From assembly GCA_027020665.1 (NCBI GenBank), contig JALUVJ010000046.1, forward strand, positions 1 to 59,935: DNA of 59,935 bases, read 5' to 3'. The notes under the pieces are model-generated. The model had not been told where the DNA came from. It searched no databases and worked only from the letters and a program-made list of their open reading frames with translations. Positions within the stretch are counted from its first letter, which is position 1; every line of letters starts with the position of its first letter. Source of the DNA: Nitrospira sp. GTDB taxonomy: Bacteria > Nitrospirota > Nitrospiria > SBBL01 > JAADHI01. This document shows positions 1 to 9,487 of this stretch, piece after piece. The position numbers and the translations under genes were made by a program.

Positions 1-164
1 TCGGCGGCATTCGATTTTCACACCTTCAAGACATTGTTGCGGCCGGGGCTTCCGGGGTTGCCGTGGCCTCCGCCCTGCAAGGGGCGGACAGAAAAACGCT
101 TGAGCAGTGGCAAAGCACGCTTGAACGCACACTTGAAAAAAGAAGACTTAAGGAGCTTCATTGA
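1..164 (+). CDS. Thiamine-phosphate synthase (ThiE/TenI family), C-terminal fragment cut by the window edge
   Basis: Manual translation from nt 3 gives GGIRFSHLQDIVAAGASGVAVASAL...KELH*. This matches the ThiE C-terminal GGI...AGA.GVAV.SA motif. TGA at 162-164. Not in the ORF track. Confidence 0.65.
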   Translation, partial: GGIRFSHLQDIVAAGASGVAVASALQGADRKTLEQWQSTLERTLEKRRLKELH

Positions 165-191
165 AAAGTAAATGAAAAAAGCAGGAAGAAG

Positions 192-932
192 CTACCCTGC
201 ATTGGTTTGAGCAATCGCACGAAGCACCACGTCCATTATGGGATGAGCGGCCATCCGGTCTGCGCTCTCTGAAATTATCGCTTCCTCGTCTTTTCCGGCC
301 TTGATCGGGGGAAAAGTCATGACCGGCAGCGAACTTCTTTCTTGTAGAATGTCGGCATTGCGCACTTCGGAAGGATCTCGTTTGGTTCCACTTTGATTCA
401 AAACAATCCCCAAAAAAGAAAGGCCGCGCGCCCTGCCGTATGCGAGGCTCAAGAGACTGTGATTCAGAGTGCCCAAACCGCTGCGCGCGACCAATAAGAC
501 GGGCAGCTTAAAAAACCGGATCACATCACTCATATCTTTGTCTGCGGTGACGGGCACCATCAGTCCTCCGGCCCCTTCAAGCAGCAGGGCGGCATGGCGC
601 CGACGGAGTTGTTTGTAGGCTTTTTCCATTTTCGGCCATGAAAGCGAATCGTTTTCACCCTGCAGCATCGCCGCATAAGGGGATAAAGGGGCCTGAAAAC
701 GGCAGGGAGTGATGAGATCAAGCGGATCTTGAACCTTCGCGGCCTTTTGCAAATACTGTCCGTCGGAGGGGAGCAGCGCACGATTTCCCCGGCGGCAGCC
801 GGATTCGATGGGTTTCATGATGCCGCAGTCGATGCTTTTTCGGAATAAGGCCCGTGCAATTGCGCCGCAAATCAGCGTTTTGCCGACGCCTGTGTCGGTA
901 CCCGTAATAAAGATGCCGGCTCTGTTTTTCAT
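192..932 (-). CDS. bioD: Dethiobiotin synthase
   Basis: GIFITGTDTGVGKT P-loop, KPIESG, EGAGG and LGTLNH motifs; in an operon with bioF. Confidence 0.95.
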   Translation of the reverse strand: MKNRAGIFITGTDTGVGKTLICGAIARALFRKSIDCGIMKPIESGCRRGNRALLPSDGQYLQKAAKVQDPLDLITPCRFQAPLSPYAAMLQGENDSLSWPKMEKAYKQLRRRHAALLLEGAGGLMVPVTADKDMSDVIRFFKLPVLLVARSGLGTLNHSLLSLAYGRARGLSFLGIVLNQSGTKRDPSEVRNADILQERSSLPVMTFPPIKAGKDEEAIISESADRMAAHPIMDVVLRAIAQTNAG

Positions 933-1651
933 ACGATGCGGCTGTCCAAATGAAAAACTTGGCCTGAGACATGCTCCATTTTTGAAAGCATGTTAATGAA
1001 ACCTGAAACCTCTTCCAAAGAGGAAGGGCGTCCAAGCACATTTTCCGTGATGAGTTTTTTGGACTGTGCGGGGCTTAATCCCGCCGTCATCGGTGTGGGC
1101 AGATAACCCGGACAAACGGCGTTGACCTGAATGCCGTTTTGACCCAATTCTTTTGCGGCCGTTTGGGAGAGTCCGATGAGACCGCGTTTGGCGGCCGCAT
1201 AAGCTGCCTGGCCGGCGCGGCCTTTGTCGGCCGCGCCGGAGGCAATATTGATGATGTGCCCCTTGCCCTGTTTTTCCATGATGCGCGCAGCCTCCCGCGT
1301 ACAGTAAAAGGCACCCGATAGATCGATACGGATTACCTCATCCCATGCCTCCGGGCTTTCTTTTTGAAAAAGGCGGTTTCGGCTGATACCCGCGTTATTG
1401 ATAAGGATGTCGATTCCGCCCCATGTTTCAAAGAACTGCCGGAAGAGCGTTTGTGTGTCTGCCGGGTTGCGCAGATCGGCCTGAAAAAGGTGGGGTTCAC
1501 AGTGCTCGGATTGAAGGTTTTGGACAAGATGCGCCCCTTCACGTTTTTGTTTAAAGACATGCAGCCCTAAACGAATCGGCTCTTTTGAGAACGCTTGGCA
1601 AAGGGCCTGTCCCAGTCCGCCCGAAGCACCCGTAATCAAGACACGCTTCAT
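929..1651 (-). CDS. Short-chain dehydrogenase/reductase, FabG-like, inside the biotin operon
   Basis: TGASGGLG Rossmann motif, NNAG, YAAAK catalytic motif; 4-nt overlap with bioD. Confidence 0.88.
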   Translation of the reverse strand: MKRVLITGASGGLGQALCQAFSKEPIRLGLHVFKQKREGAHLVQNLQSEHCEPHLFQADLRNPADTQTLFRQFFETWGGIDILINNAGISRNRLFQKESPEAWDEVIRIDLSGAFYCTREAARIMEKQGKGHIINIASGAADKGRAGQAAYAAAKRGLIGLSQTAAKELGQNGIQVNAVCPGYLPTPMTAGLSPAQSKKLITENVLGRPSSLEEVSGFINMLSKMEHVSGQVFHLDSRIV

Positions 1652-2818
1652 CTAAATGATCCGAAGTTTCTTGCCGATATCTTTTAATGCATGTAAGAGC
1701 AGATCAATCTGGGCTTGCGTGTGTACGGCCATGAGCGTCACGCGCAGCCGTGCGCTGCCTTTTGGTACGGTGGGCGGTCGAATTGCGGAGACCAGGATGC
1801 CTTTTTCCAGCAGGTGTTTTGAAAACGTCAGGGCTTTTTCAGAGCTTCCAATGAGAATGGGGACAATCGGCGTTTCGCTGCCTAAGAGATTAAATCCCAG
1901 TTCAGAGATTTTTTGATGAAAGTAGGCCTGATTTTCCCACAGTTGTGCCATCAAATGAGGCCTGCTTTGAACCAATTCCAAGGCCGCGAGTGCGCTTGCA
2001 AGCACGCCGGGCGGAAGGGCCGTGGTATAAACAAAGGGGCGTGCCTTGTTGATCAGCAGTTGAATCAAATCCTCCGTCCCGGCCACAAAACCGCCAAATC
2101 CCCCCAAGGCTTTGCTGAAAGTCCCCATTTGAATGAGTCTGGGGTTTGAAAGGCCAAAGTGTTCGGCCGTGCCTCCCCCGTTTTGACCCAGCACGCCGGT
2201 CGCATGCGCATCATCAAGGTAAATACGCGCATCATAGTTTTCGGCCAAACGCACTATCTCCGGAAGCGGTGCGATATCGCCATCCATACTGAAGACGCCG
2301 TCGCTGACAATCAGCACATTTTGCCCGCTTTTTCTTTTTTGAAGCAGCTTTTCAAGATGAACGGTGTCTCGATGTCGATAAATGCGGAAGCTTGCCCCGG
2401 AGAGACGACAGCCGTCAACGAGGCTGGCATGATTGAGTCGATCCGCTAAAATGAGGTCGCCCTTTTGCACGATAGCAGGGATGGTGCCCAGATTGGCCAT
2501 ATAGCCCGTACTGAAAATAAGGGCTGCGGCCGTATGTTTGTATTGCGCCAGTTTGCTTTCAAGGGTTTTGTAAAGATAGTGGTTTCCGGAAACAAGCCGG
2601 GCCGCGCCCGCACCCGCGCCCCAGGTTTCTGCGGCTTCAGCGGCGGCTTTTTTCAGTACGGGATGATTGGCAAGCCCAAGATAGTTGTTGGCGCAAAAAA
2701 GCAGTGCTTTTTGTCCATCTTGCTTTACCGATGTACTGGTTGCGGAATCCGTTTGAAGCAGTGAGCGGTAAAGCCCTTGTGCCCGAAGTTGACGCAATGT
2801 TTCTTTGAATTGCCGCAT
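1652..2818 (-). CDS. bioF: 8-amino-7-oxononanoate synthase
   Basis: NNYLGLA, FSTGYMANLG, DRLNHASLVDG, SMDGD, DDAH, GTFSKALG (PLP Lys) and IRPPTVP motifs. Confidence 0.95.
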   Translation of the reverse strand: MRQFKETLRQLRAQGLYRSLLQTDSATSTSVKQDGQKALLFCANNYLGLANHPVLKKAAAEAAETWGAGAGAARLVSGNHYLYKTLESKLAQYKHTAAALIFSTGYMANLGTIPAIVQKGDLILADRLNHASLVDGCRLSGASFRIYRHRDTVHLEKLLQKRKSGQNVLIVSDGVFSMDGDIAPLPEIVRLAENYDARIYLDDAHATGVLGQNGGGTAEHFGLSNPRLIQMGTFSKALGGFGGFVAGTEDLIQLLINKARPFVYTTALPPGVLASALAALELVQSRPHLMAQLWENQAYFHQKISELGFNLLGSETPIVPILIGSSEKALTFSKHLLEKGILVSAIRPPTVPKGSARLRVTLMAVHTQAQIDLLLHALKDIGKKLRII

Positions 2819-2892
2819 TCTTTTGCTCGATTGAATCCCAATAAATAATATATTCTCACTTTGACTGTCAATTCGTCTTCCCTAAAATTATC

Positions 2893-2921
2893 TTGACATC
2901 CCATTAGCCCGTGGATACAAT
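2893..2921 (+). promoter_or_regulatory. Sigma70-type promoter of clpC
   Basis: TTGACA-17 bp-TACAAT, 79 bp upstream of the clpC ATG; SD GGAGGAG just before the start. Confidence 0.65.
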
Positions 2922-2999
2922 TAAAACAAATCTGACAGGTCTATTTTTTTAAAAAAGTCTTTTAAAAACATAGAGATCTGGTGAACCGGGAGGAGCGAA

Positions 3000-5429
3000 A
3001 TGTTTGAAAAATTCACAGATCGCGGCAGAAAAATCATCATTCTCGCTCGTGAAGAAGCCGAGCGTCACCAGAACGATTATTTGGGAACGGAGCACCTTGC
3101 CTTGGCGATTCTCAGAGAACGCGACGGGGTCGCCATTGCCGTCATCAAAAAGATGGGGCTTTCTGTCGAGCAGATCCGTTTGGAAGTTGAACGGAATTTA
3201 CCGAGCGGCAGCAATACCATGACTTTTGGTGAAATTCCCTTTACTCCCCGCGTCAAAAAGGTCATTGAATATGCCGTCGAAGAAGCAAAGCTGCTGGGAC
3301 ACAATTACATCGGCAGTGAACATCTGTTGCTCGGCTTGCTGCGTGAAGAAGAAGGCATTGGTGGAAAAATCGTGCGGAGCTTGGGCGGAAACCTGCTGAC
3401 GGCCCGGCAATTGACCATTAACTTGCTCAGAAAATCCACACCCCGGGAAAAAGAGAAAAAGAGCAGCACGCCGGCTTTGGATGAATTCGGTCGCGATTTA
3501 ACCAAGTTGGCCGGTGACGGTTCGCTTGATCCCGTTATCGGTCGTCAGGATGAAATTGAACGTGTGCTTCAAATTTTGAGTCGGCGCACAAAAAACAACC
3601 CGGTTTTGATTGGGGAATCGGGTGTGGGCAAAACCGCGATTGTTGAAGGGCTTGCGCAACGGGTTGTGGCAATGGATGTCCCGGAAAACCTTTTTAATCA
3701 TCGTGTCATTGCACTTGATCTCGGCTCCCTCGTAGCGGGCACAAAATACAGAGGCCAATTTGAAGAACGCCTTAAAGTCGTCATGAAAGAAATCGCAACG
3801 GCGGGGAATGTTGTCATTTTTATCGACGAATTGCACACCCTGGTCGGTGCGGGTGCGGCGGAAGGCAGCATTGATGCCGCGAACATGCTCAAACCGGCCT
3901 TGGCCCGGGGCGAGATGCAGTGCATCGGCGCAACGACTTTGGACGAGTATCGCAAACACATTGAAAAAGATTCTGCGCTAAAACGCCGGTTTCAGGCTAT
4001 TTATGTGCAGCCCCCGACCTCGGAGCAGACTGTTCAGATCATCAAGGGTTTGAAGGATCGTTATGAATCGCATCATCGTGTGAATATTTCCGATGCCGCC
4101 GTGGAAGAGGCGGTCCGGCTTTCGGATCGCTATATTTCCGACCGTTTTCTGCCGGATAAAGCCATCGACGTTATCGACGAAGCCGGATCCCGCGCGCGAC
4201 TGATTGCTTATTCCCGTCCGGATGAGCTCCGTACACTTGAGCAAGAGTTGAAAGAAATCGTGCATGAAAAAGAGCTTGCGATTCGCTTGCAGGATTTTGA
4301 AGAGGCGGTGCGTTTCCGCGAAGAAGAAGAGCGTATTCGGAAACTGCTCGAAGAAACCAAGCAGGAGTGGAAAAAAAATCAGGAAAAAAACCGTCCGACC
4401 ATCAATCAGGAGGAGATTGCCTGTGTCGTTTCAAAAATGACCGGTATTCCGCTTTTCCGCATTGAAGAGGAAGAGACGCAAAAACTCATCCACATGGAAG
4501 ACGAATTGCACAAAAGTATCATTGGTCAGGAAGAGGGCATTACGGCGATTTCAAAGGCCATCCGCCGTTCCCGCGCCGGGTTAAAGGGAGACCGCCGTCC
4601 GATCGGATCTTTTATCTTCCTCGGCCCCACGGGTGTGGGAAAAACCGAGTTGGCCCGTGCCTTGGCGAAATTTCTCTTCGACACGGACGAGGCATTGATC
4701 CGCATCGATATGTCGGAATACATGGAAAAATTTGCAAGTTCGCGTTTGGTCGGAGCGCCTCCGGGATATGTGGGCTACGAAGAAGGGGGTCAATTGACCG
4801 AAAAGGTCCGGCGGCGGCCTTATTCCGTGGTGCTTTTCGACGAGATCGAAAAAGCACACCCGGATATGTTCAATCTCTTGTTACAGGTTTTAGACGATGG
4901 CTATCTCACCGATAGCCTCGGAAGAAAAGTCGATTTTAGAAATACCGTGCTCATCATGACCTCTAACCTCGGTACGAGAGAGTTGGGCAAAGGCGGCGGC
5001 CTCGGTTTTCAGCGGCCTTCCGAATATAATGAATTGATGCGTATGAAAGATGCGGTTCAGGTGGAGTTGAAGAAGTCCTTCAATCCGGAATTTTTAAACC
5101 GGATTGATGACATTGTCGTTTTCCATCCGCTTGAGAAGGAGCATCTTGAAAAGATAATCCATATTCTAATCAAAGAATTGAACGACAGGCTGGTCGAAAA
5201 AGGTTTCCAACTCGAAGTGAGTGATGAGTTGGTGGATTGGCTGGTTCAGGAAGGTTATGATCCGGTTTACGGCGCACGTCCGATGCGGCGTTGTGTCCAA
5301 AAGAAAATCGAAGATCTGCTCTCGGAAGACATTTTAAAAGGCCGTTTTAAAGACTGTAAACGGATAAACGCGATCTTAAAGGACGGCGCGCCCGCGTTTA
5401 TCGAAATGGAGGAAATGGCCGAAGTTTAA
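3000..5429 (+). CDS. clpC: ATP-dependent Clp protease ATP-binding subunit ClpC
   Basis: MFEKFTDR N-domain repeats, two AAA+ modules ([16 protein letters not shown]), UVR-like coiled coil, LGF ClpP-binding loop. Confidence 0.95.
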   Translation: MFEKFTDRGRKIIILAREEAERHQNDYLGTEHLALAILRERDGVAIAVIKKMGLSVEQIRLEVERNLPSGSNTMTFGEIPFTPRVKKVIEYAVEEAKLLGHNYIGSEHLLLGLLREEEGIGGKIVRSLGGNLLTARQLTINLLRKSTPREKEKKSSTPALDEFGRDLTKLAGDGSLDPVIGRQDEIERVLQILSRRTKNNPVLIGESGVGKTAIVEGLAQRVVAMDVPENLFNHRVIALDLGSLVAGTKYRGQFEERLKVVMKEIATAGNVVIFIDELHTLVGAGAAEGSIDAANMLKPALARGEMQCIGATTLDEYRKHIEKDSALKRRFQAIYVQPPTSEQTVQIIKGLKDRYESHHRVNISDAAVEEAVRLSDRYISDRFLPDKAIDVIDEAGSRARLIAYSRPDELRTLEQELKEIVHEKELAIRLQDFEEAVRFREEEERIRKLLEETKQEWKKNQEKNRPTINQEEIACVVSKMTGIPLFRIEEEETQKLIHMEDELHKSIIGQEEGITAISKAIRRSRAGLKGDRRPIGSFIFLGPTGVGKTELARALAKFLFDTDEALIRIDMSEYMEKFASSRLVGAPPGYVGYEEGGQLTEKVRRRPYSVVLFDEIEKAHPDMFNLLLQVLDDGYLTDSLGRKVDFRNTVLIMTSNLGTRELGKGGGLGFQRPSEYNELMRMKDAVQVELKKSFNPEFLNRIDDIVVFHPLEKEHLEKIIHILIKELNDRLVEKGFQLEVSDELVDWLVQEGYDPVYGARPMRRCVQKKIEDLLSEDILKGRFKDCKRINAILKDGAPAFIEMEEMAEV

Positions 5430-5460
5430 GTTACGATTTTCCTTGAGATTTTTTCAAGCC

Positions 5461-5503
5461 AAAGCCCCCTGTTGCCGCTTGTTGCGGCAACAGGGGGCTT
5501 TTT
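5461..5503. terminator. Bidirectional intrinsic terminator between clpC and the convergent gene
   Basis: AAAGCCCCCTGTTGCCGC-loop-GCGGCAACAGGGGGCTTTTT, a perfect long stem flanked by A and T runs. Confidence 0.85.
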
Positions 5504-5556
5504 GATTGTTTGAGGTGAGGGGGCCCTGGCGATTTGCCTGATGACAGGACGCTTTT

Positions 5557-6336
5557 TTAATCGAAGGTGTAGGTGGCGCCGATGTTGATTAAATAATCGG
5601 GAGACTTCGAGTTGATACCGTATCCGACCGTGGTATCCAAGGCAAGGGCTTGGTTTGCTTGCAGCGCAAACCCTCCTGCGACCACCACAATATCATCTGC
5701 GTCTGATGCACTGCCTGTATCGGCACGGCCGTAGAGTTCTCCAATCAGTTTTATCGGAGAGGCATCGAGTGTAAGATCCAAAGCAAGAGCGTAACGAAGT
5801 TGATCCGAACGATCTTCCCCTGGAGGGTTGCCGATGAAAAAATACCCGAAATTGATGTGCGCGGTGACCGGAGTGAATGCTTTGCTGGCAATGGCCAAAA
5901 AGCCGACATCGACTACGCCGGAAGTTTCCAGGATTTTGCTTTCGCCCGCAGTTGGAAACTTGATGATCATTTGCCCCGCAATGGAAAGCGGGTTGGCCGC
6001 CCGGCCCTTGATGAAGCGGATTTTGGTATTAAGCAATACATCCCCTTGTTTGTTCTTTTTTTTCCCATTTGCATTAGCAAAAAGATAAGGCATTTCAAGG
6101 TCGAATTCCAGGTTCTGTATGAGGCCGTAACGCAGATTCAGACCCACTTGTGTCAATTTGCGTTCGGCAGAAGTGCGATTTAGAAGGAATCCGCTTTCCA
6201 CGCGATAGGCGCCTCGTTCGGTTGGAATCGCAGTTTCAGTGACCTGAAAGGGGCGTTCCGCCCAAACAGGGCTTGGCAGAACCAATAGGAGCAAAAAGAG
6301 TAGGAAGGCTGTATGTGAATTTTTCATAAGGGACAT
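5557..6336 (-). CDS. Exported outer-membrane beta-barrel 'transporter' (MetA-pathway/phenol-degradation-like family)
   Basis: Signal peptide (…PSPVWA/ERPF), RPFQVTETA and LRYGL motifs, alternating beta-strand pattern, aromatic C-terminal strand (ATYTFD). Confidence 0.6.
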   Translation of the reverse strand: MSLMKNSHTAFLLFLLLLVLPSPVWAERPFQVTETAIPTERGAYRVESGFLLNRTSAERKLTQVGLNLRYGLIQNLEFDLEMPYLFANANGKKKNKQGDVLLNTKIRFIKGRAANPLSIAGQMIIKFPTAGESKILETSGVVDVGFLAIASKAFTPVTAHINFGYFFIGNPPGEDRSDQLRYALALDLTLDASPIKLIGELYGRADTGSASDADDIVVVAGGFALQANQALALDTTVGYGINSKSPDYLINIGATYTFD

Positions 6337-6554
6337 ACTACGGATGGCTTAGGGGTCTGTCAACCCTCATGAATGCCTGTGTAAGAAGCAAATAGGCTTG
6401 TCCGGTTCAAGCCCCAAACGGCCTTGGGTATTTTGCGGCACCTTCAAAGATAAAAACGTAAAAAAGACGTTTTATGAATTAATCAACCGCTTGAAGTGGT
6501 CTAATCATAATGGGCACTTATCTAAGCGTGATAATATGACGAGGGAGGTGTTCG

Positions 6555-6686
6555 ATGAGCGGAGAGATAAGTGAGAACCGGATTAAGAAATTGAAGATCG
6601 GCTTCGGCATGGAACGTCTGCCCTGCGGTGGCGGCTGTATCAGGTTGCGGGTAAAGTGGTGACCCACGCCAGAGCGCTGACCCTCC
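6555..6686 (+). mobile_element. Degenerate, internally deleted IS1380-family transposase remnant
   Basis: One frame reads SENRIKKLKIGFGMERLPCG and an overlapping frame reads LRWRLYQVAGKVVTHARALTL. I recognise both as conserved C-terminal blocks of IS1380 DDE transposases, normally separated by several tens of residues. Confidence 0.72.
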
Positions 6687-6990
6687 CGTCTAGGTATTTG
6701 GAATGCTCAGATGATGAACACTTGCCCCATCTCCAATTCCTATCGCCGATCTTGGGAATTCGGCCGGGGTAGACTTATCTTGCCTTGATGCTTTACAATA
6801 AAGAAGGTTAATAAGAAGCGTCCCATCAAGAGTATGCGGGACATAAGGGCAGGAGGATGCTTGTCTCGCGGCGTTAAATGGGATATAGTAGTTGCATTCC
6901 CCCGGATACTTATATAGAATCGAAGCGTTTAATTTTTAGGAATTTGAACTGCGCCATTCGCGGCAATATTTCTGTCACAGAGGATTTTTT

Positions 6991-7860
6991 ATGGAACAAG
7001 CAGTAAATCAAGTTGCGGCACCAAAGTCAACGCCTGTTTTGGTAAAGCAAATCGTTGATTACCCCACACTCATTGTGTTCACCCTGGTTTCCTTAGCCGG
7101 TATGGTCGCCGTCCCGCTTTTTGGCTTCCTTGTCGGATACACCGCATTCGACTGGGCGCTTTTTGGTGTTTTGTATATCATCACCGGTTTAGGAATTACA
7201 GTAGGCTATCATCGCCTTTTTTCTCATCGCAGCTTTACATGCAAAACATGGGTGAAACTTTATTTTCTCATTACCGGCGGTTGGGCGATGGAGAACTCCG
7301 CGCTCAAGTGGTGCTCCGATCACATCCGTCACCATGCCAAAACGGACACGGACGAAGACCCTTATAATGCAAAACGGGGGTTTTGGTATAGCCATGTGTT
7401 ATGGATTTTTCGCAAGGACCCCTCGGCTAATCTGCCTGCGCGTGAAAAATATAAGACCGGCCTTCGAAAAGATAAGTGGGTCATGTGGCAGCACCGCAAC
7501 TACATCTTAATCGTGTTGAGCGGCCTTGCTTTGCCTGCAATCCTTGGATTTATGCATCGTGGATGGATTGGTGCGGCTTCGGCCTTTTTACTCGCAGGGA
7601 TGTTGCGGCTTTTCCTGGTTTTGAATTCCACTTTTTTTATCAATTCAATCTGCCACATTTGGGGCGCTCAACCCTATGGCGATGCCAATACCAGCCGTGA
7701 CAATTGGTGGATTTCACTCATTACCTTCGGCGAAGGCTACCACAACTACCATCACAACTTCCCCCGCGACTACCGCAATGGGCCGAAGTGGTACAATTTT
7801 GATCCTTCCAAGTGGTTGATTTTCAGCCTCTTTCTCATCGGGGCAGCAAAAAAAGCCTAG
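6991..7860 (+). CDS. Delta-9-type acyl-lipid/acyl-CoA fatty acid desaturase
   Basis: His boxes HRLFSH, HIRHH and HNYHH; GEGYHN motif; transmembrane segments. Confidence 0.92.
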   Translation: MEQAVNQVAAPKSTPVLVKQIVDYPTLIVFTLVSLAGMVAVPLFGFLVGYTAFDWALFGVLYIITGLGITVGYHRLFSHRSFTCKTWVKLYFLITGGWAMENSALKWCSDHIRHHAKTDTDEDPYNAKRGFWYSHVLWIFRKDPSANLPAREKYKTGLRKDKWVMWQHRNYILIVLSGLALPAILGFMHRGWIGAASAFLLAGMLRLFLVLNSTFFINSICHIWGAQPYGDANTSRDNWWISLITFGEGYHNYHHNFPRDYRNGPKWYNFDPSKWLIFSLFLIGAAKKA

Positions 7861-7904
7861 GGTGGCGCTAAAATCAGCCATGACTTGTTTTTTCAGCGCC
7901 ACCC
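7860..7904. other. Inverted repeat directly after the desaturase stop (possible terminator or mRNA stabiliser)
   Basis: GGGTGGCGCTAAAA...TTTCAGCGCCACCC stem; no U-tract follows on the + strand. Confidence 0.45.
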
Positions 7905-8068
7905 GTGTCACCCCGTACAATGACATAAGTCTCTTTATTTCAATCGCTCAAAGCCTTAATCGCCATCCTTACCTACTCCCGATTCAGGCCTTTGATTTCC
8001 GGTCCGCTTCGATTTTTTTGTTTTTCGGATCGGGCAAATCGCTTTAAGACCCGAAGTCGGCTTGGCAT

Positions 8069-9253
8069 ATGAAACCGATTTACCTTGACTATATCGCCGC
8101 TTCCCCGCTTTTGCCGGAGGCGCGCGCCGCGATGCAGCCTTACTTTTCCGATAATTTCGGCAATCCCCAAAGCCGTCATGCCTTTGGCGTCGCACCCCGG
8201 CAGGCCATTGAACAGGCACGGGCGCAGGTGGCCTCCCTTATCGGCTGCCTGCCGCGAGAAATTATTTTTACCGCCTCCGGAAGCGAGGCCAATAATCTGG
8301 CTATTCAAGGGCTTTTGGCTGCTTATGCAAAACGAGGCCGCCATATTGTTACGACTGTGATTGAACATTATTCGGTTGCCCATCCGATCAAATATTTGGA
8401 ACAAGTCGGCTATGAAGTGACGTGGCTGCCCGTGGATGCGGAAGGCCGGGTCTCTGTAAAAGCGGTGTCGGATGCCATCCGGAAAGATACGGTCTTGGTT
8501 TCAATCGCACATGCGAATAATGAAGTCGGGACCCTTCAGCCCTTACAGGAAATTGCTGCGGTGACGGAACAGGCGGGCGTCTTTTTACACACCGACGCCG
8601 TTGCAACGGTAGGCGTGATTCCATTTGATTGCAGCACGCTTTCCGTGGATCTTGCGGCTTTTTCGGCACAGTCCTTTCATGGACCAAAAGGGGTTGGAGC
8701 ACTTTATTTAAGACGCGGGACACGCATCCACCCCCTCATTGCAGGCGGCATTCAGGAAGAGGGGCGGCGCGCCGGCACGGAAAACGTCCCCGGGATCATC
8801 GGCATGGGTGTTGCGGCAGACGCGGCGAAGGCGGGCATGGAAAGAGAAGTGCCCCGTCTCACGGCCTTGCGGGATCAACTGATTGGCGGCTTATTGGCTC
8901 AAGTTCCCTTCATGCGTCTGACGGGGGCCTCAACCCCACGCCTTCCCCATATCGCGAGTTTTGCGGTCGAATATCTTGACGGTGCCGCCTTGATTAAATC
9001 CTTGGAACAACACGGTATCTTGGCGGCCAGCGGCTCTTCGTGCAGCACGGACGCCCTCAAAATTTCTCCTGTTTTAACAGCAATGGGGCTGCCCGGTAAT
9101 ATCGCGCAGGGCGGCATTGTTTTTAGTCTGGGTCTCGGGACCACGGCATCAGAGATTGAAACCGTGCTTTCGGTTTTTCCCGCTTGTGTGGCCAAAATCC
9201 GTCAGGTTTCACCACTCTTTGCCGAACGGCTTGCAGAAACCTTAACAGCATGA
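8069..9253 (+). CDS. Cysteine desulfurase-like (IscS/NifS group I) protein with the PLP lysine replaced
   Basis: IYLDY, FGNP, GSEANN, EH, HANNEVG, HTDAV, RAGTEN and GSSC (persulfide Cys) motifs, but SAQSFHGPKG where the canonical motif is SAHKxxGPKG. Confidence 0.88.
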   Translation: MKPIYLDYIAASPLLPEARAAMQPYFSDNFGNPQSRHAFGVAPRQAIEQARAQVASLIGCLPREIIFTASGSEANNLAIQGLLAAYAKRGRHIVTTVIEHYSVAHPIKYLEQVGYEVTWLPVDAEGRVSVKAVSDAIRKDTVLVSIAHANNEVGTLQPLQEIAAVTEQAGVFLHTDAVATVGVIPFDCSTLSVDLAAFSAQSFHGPKGVGALYLRRGTRIHPLIAGGIQEEGRRAGTENVPGIIGMGVAADAAKAGMEREVPRLTALRDQLIGGLLAQVPFMRLTGASTPRLPHIASFAVEYLDGAALIKSLEQHGILAASGSSCSTDALKISPVLTAMGLPGNIAQGGIVFSLGLGTTASEIETVLSVFPACVAKIRQVSPLFAERLAETLTA

Positions 9254-9483
9254 GCACAGCCGACTTCTCCCTCAATACCTTGGGCATGTTTTGCCCTATT
9301 CCCGTTATTCTCACCTCAAAAAAAATGAAAACGATGGCCTTGGGCGAAACACTTGAAGTTCTTTCCGACGACAAAGGCATCAAAAAAGACATGCCGATTT
9401 GGTGCAAAAACAGCGGAAATGAACTGCTTTCAATGCAAGAAGAAGACGGGGTCATCACGCTCTGTGTGCGGAAAAAAACCTAA
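9250..9483 (+). CDS. tusA: Sulfur-carrier protein, TusA family
   Basis: LGMFCPIP (CPxP) and LEVLSDD motifs. The ATG overlaps the upstream stop as ATGA, so the ORF-track start at 9184 is too long. Confidence 0.88.
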   Translation: MSTADFSLNTLGMFCPIPVILTSKKMKTMALGETLEVLSDDKGIKKDMPIWCKNSGNELLSMQEEDGVITLCVRKKT

Positions 9484-9487
9484 TCAC

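Noticed and set aside
2861-2871. TTGACTGTCAA palindrome between bioF and clpC as a BirA or CtsR site
   Set aside because: It does not match the spaced BirA inverted repeat or the CtsR direct repeat, and is too short to assign.
6555-6662. 35-aa ORF with a strong SD and CGGGC as a RiPP precursor or selenoprotein (in-frame TGAs follow)
   Set aside because: Better explained as IS1380 transposase debris. There are no modifying enzymes nearby and no clear SECIS.
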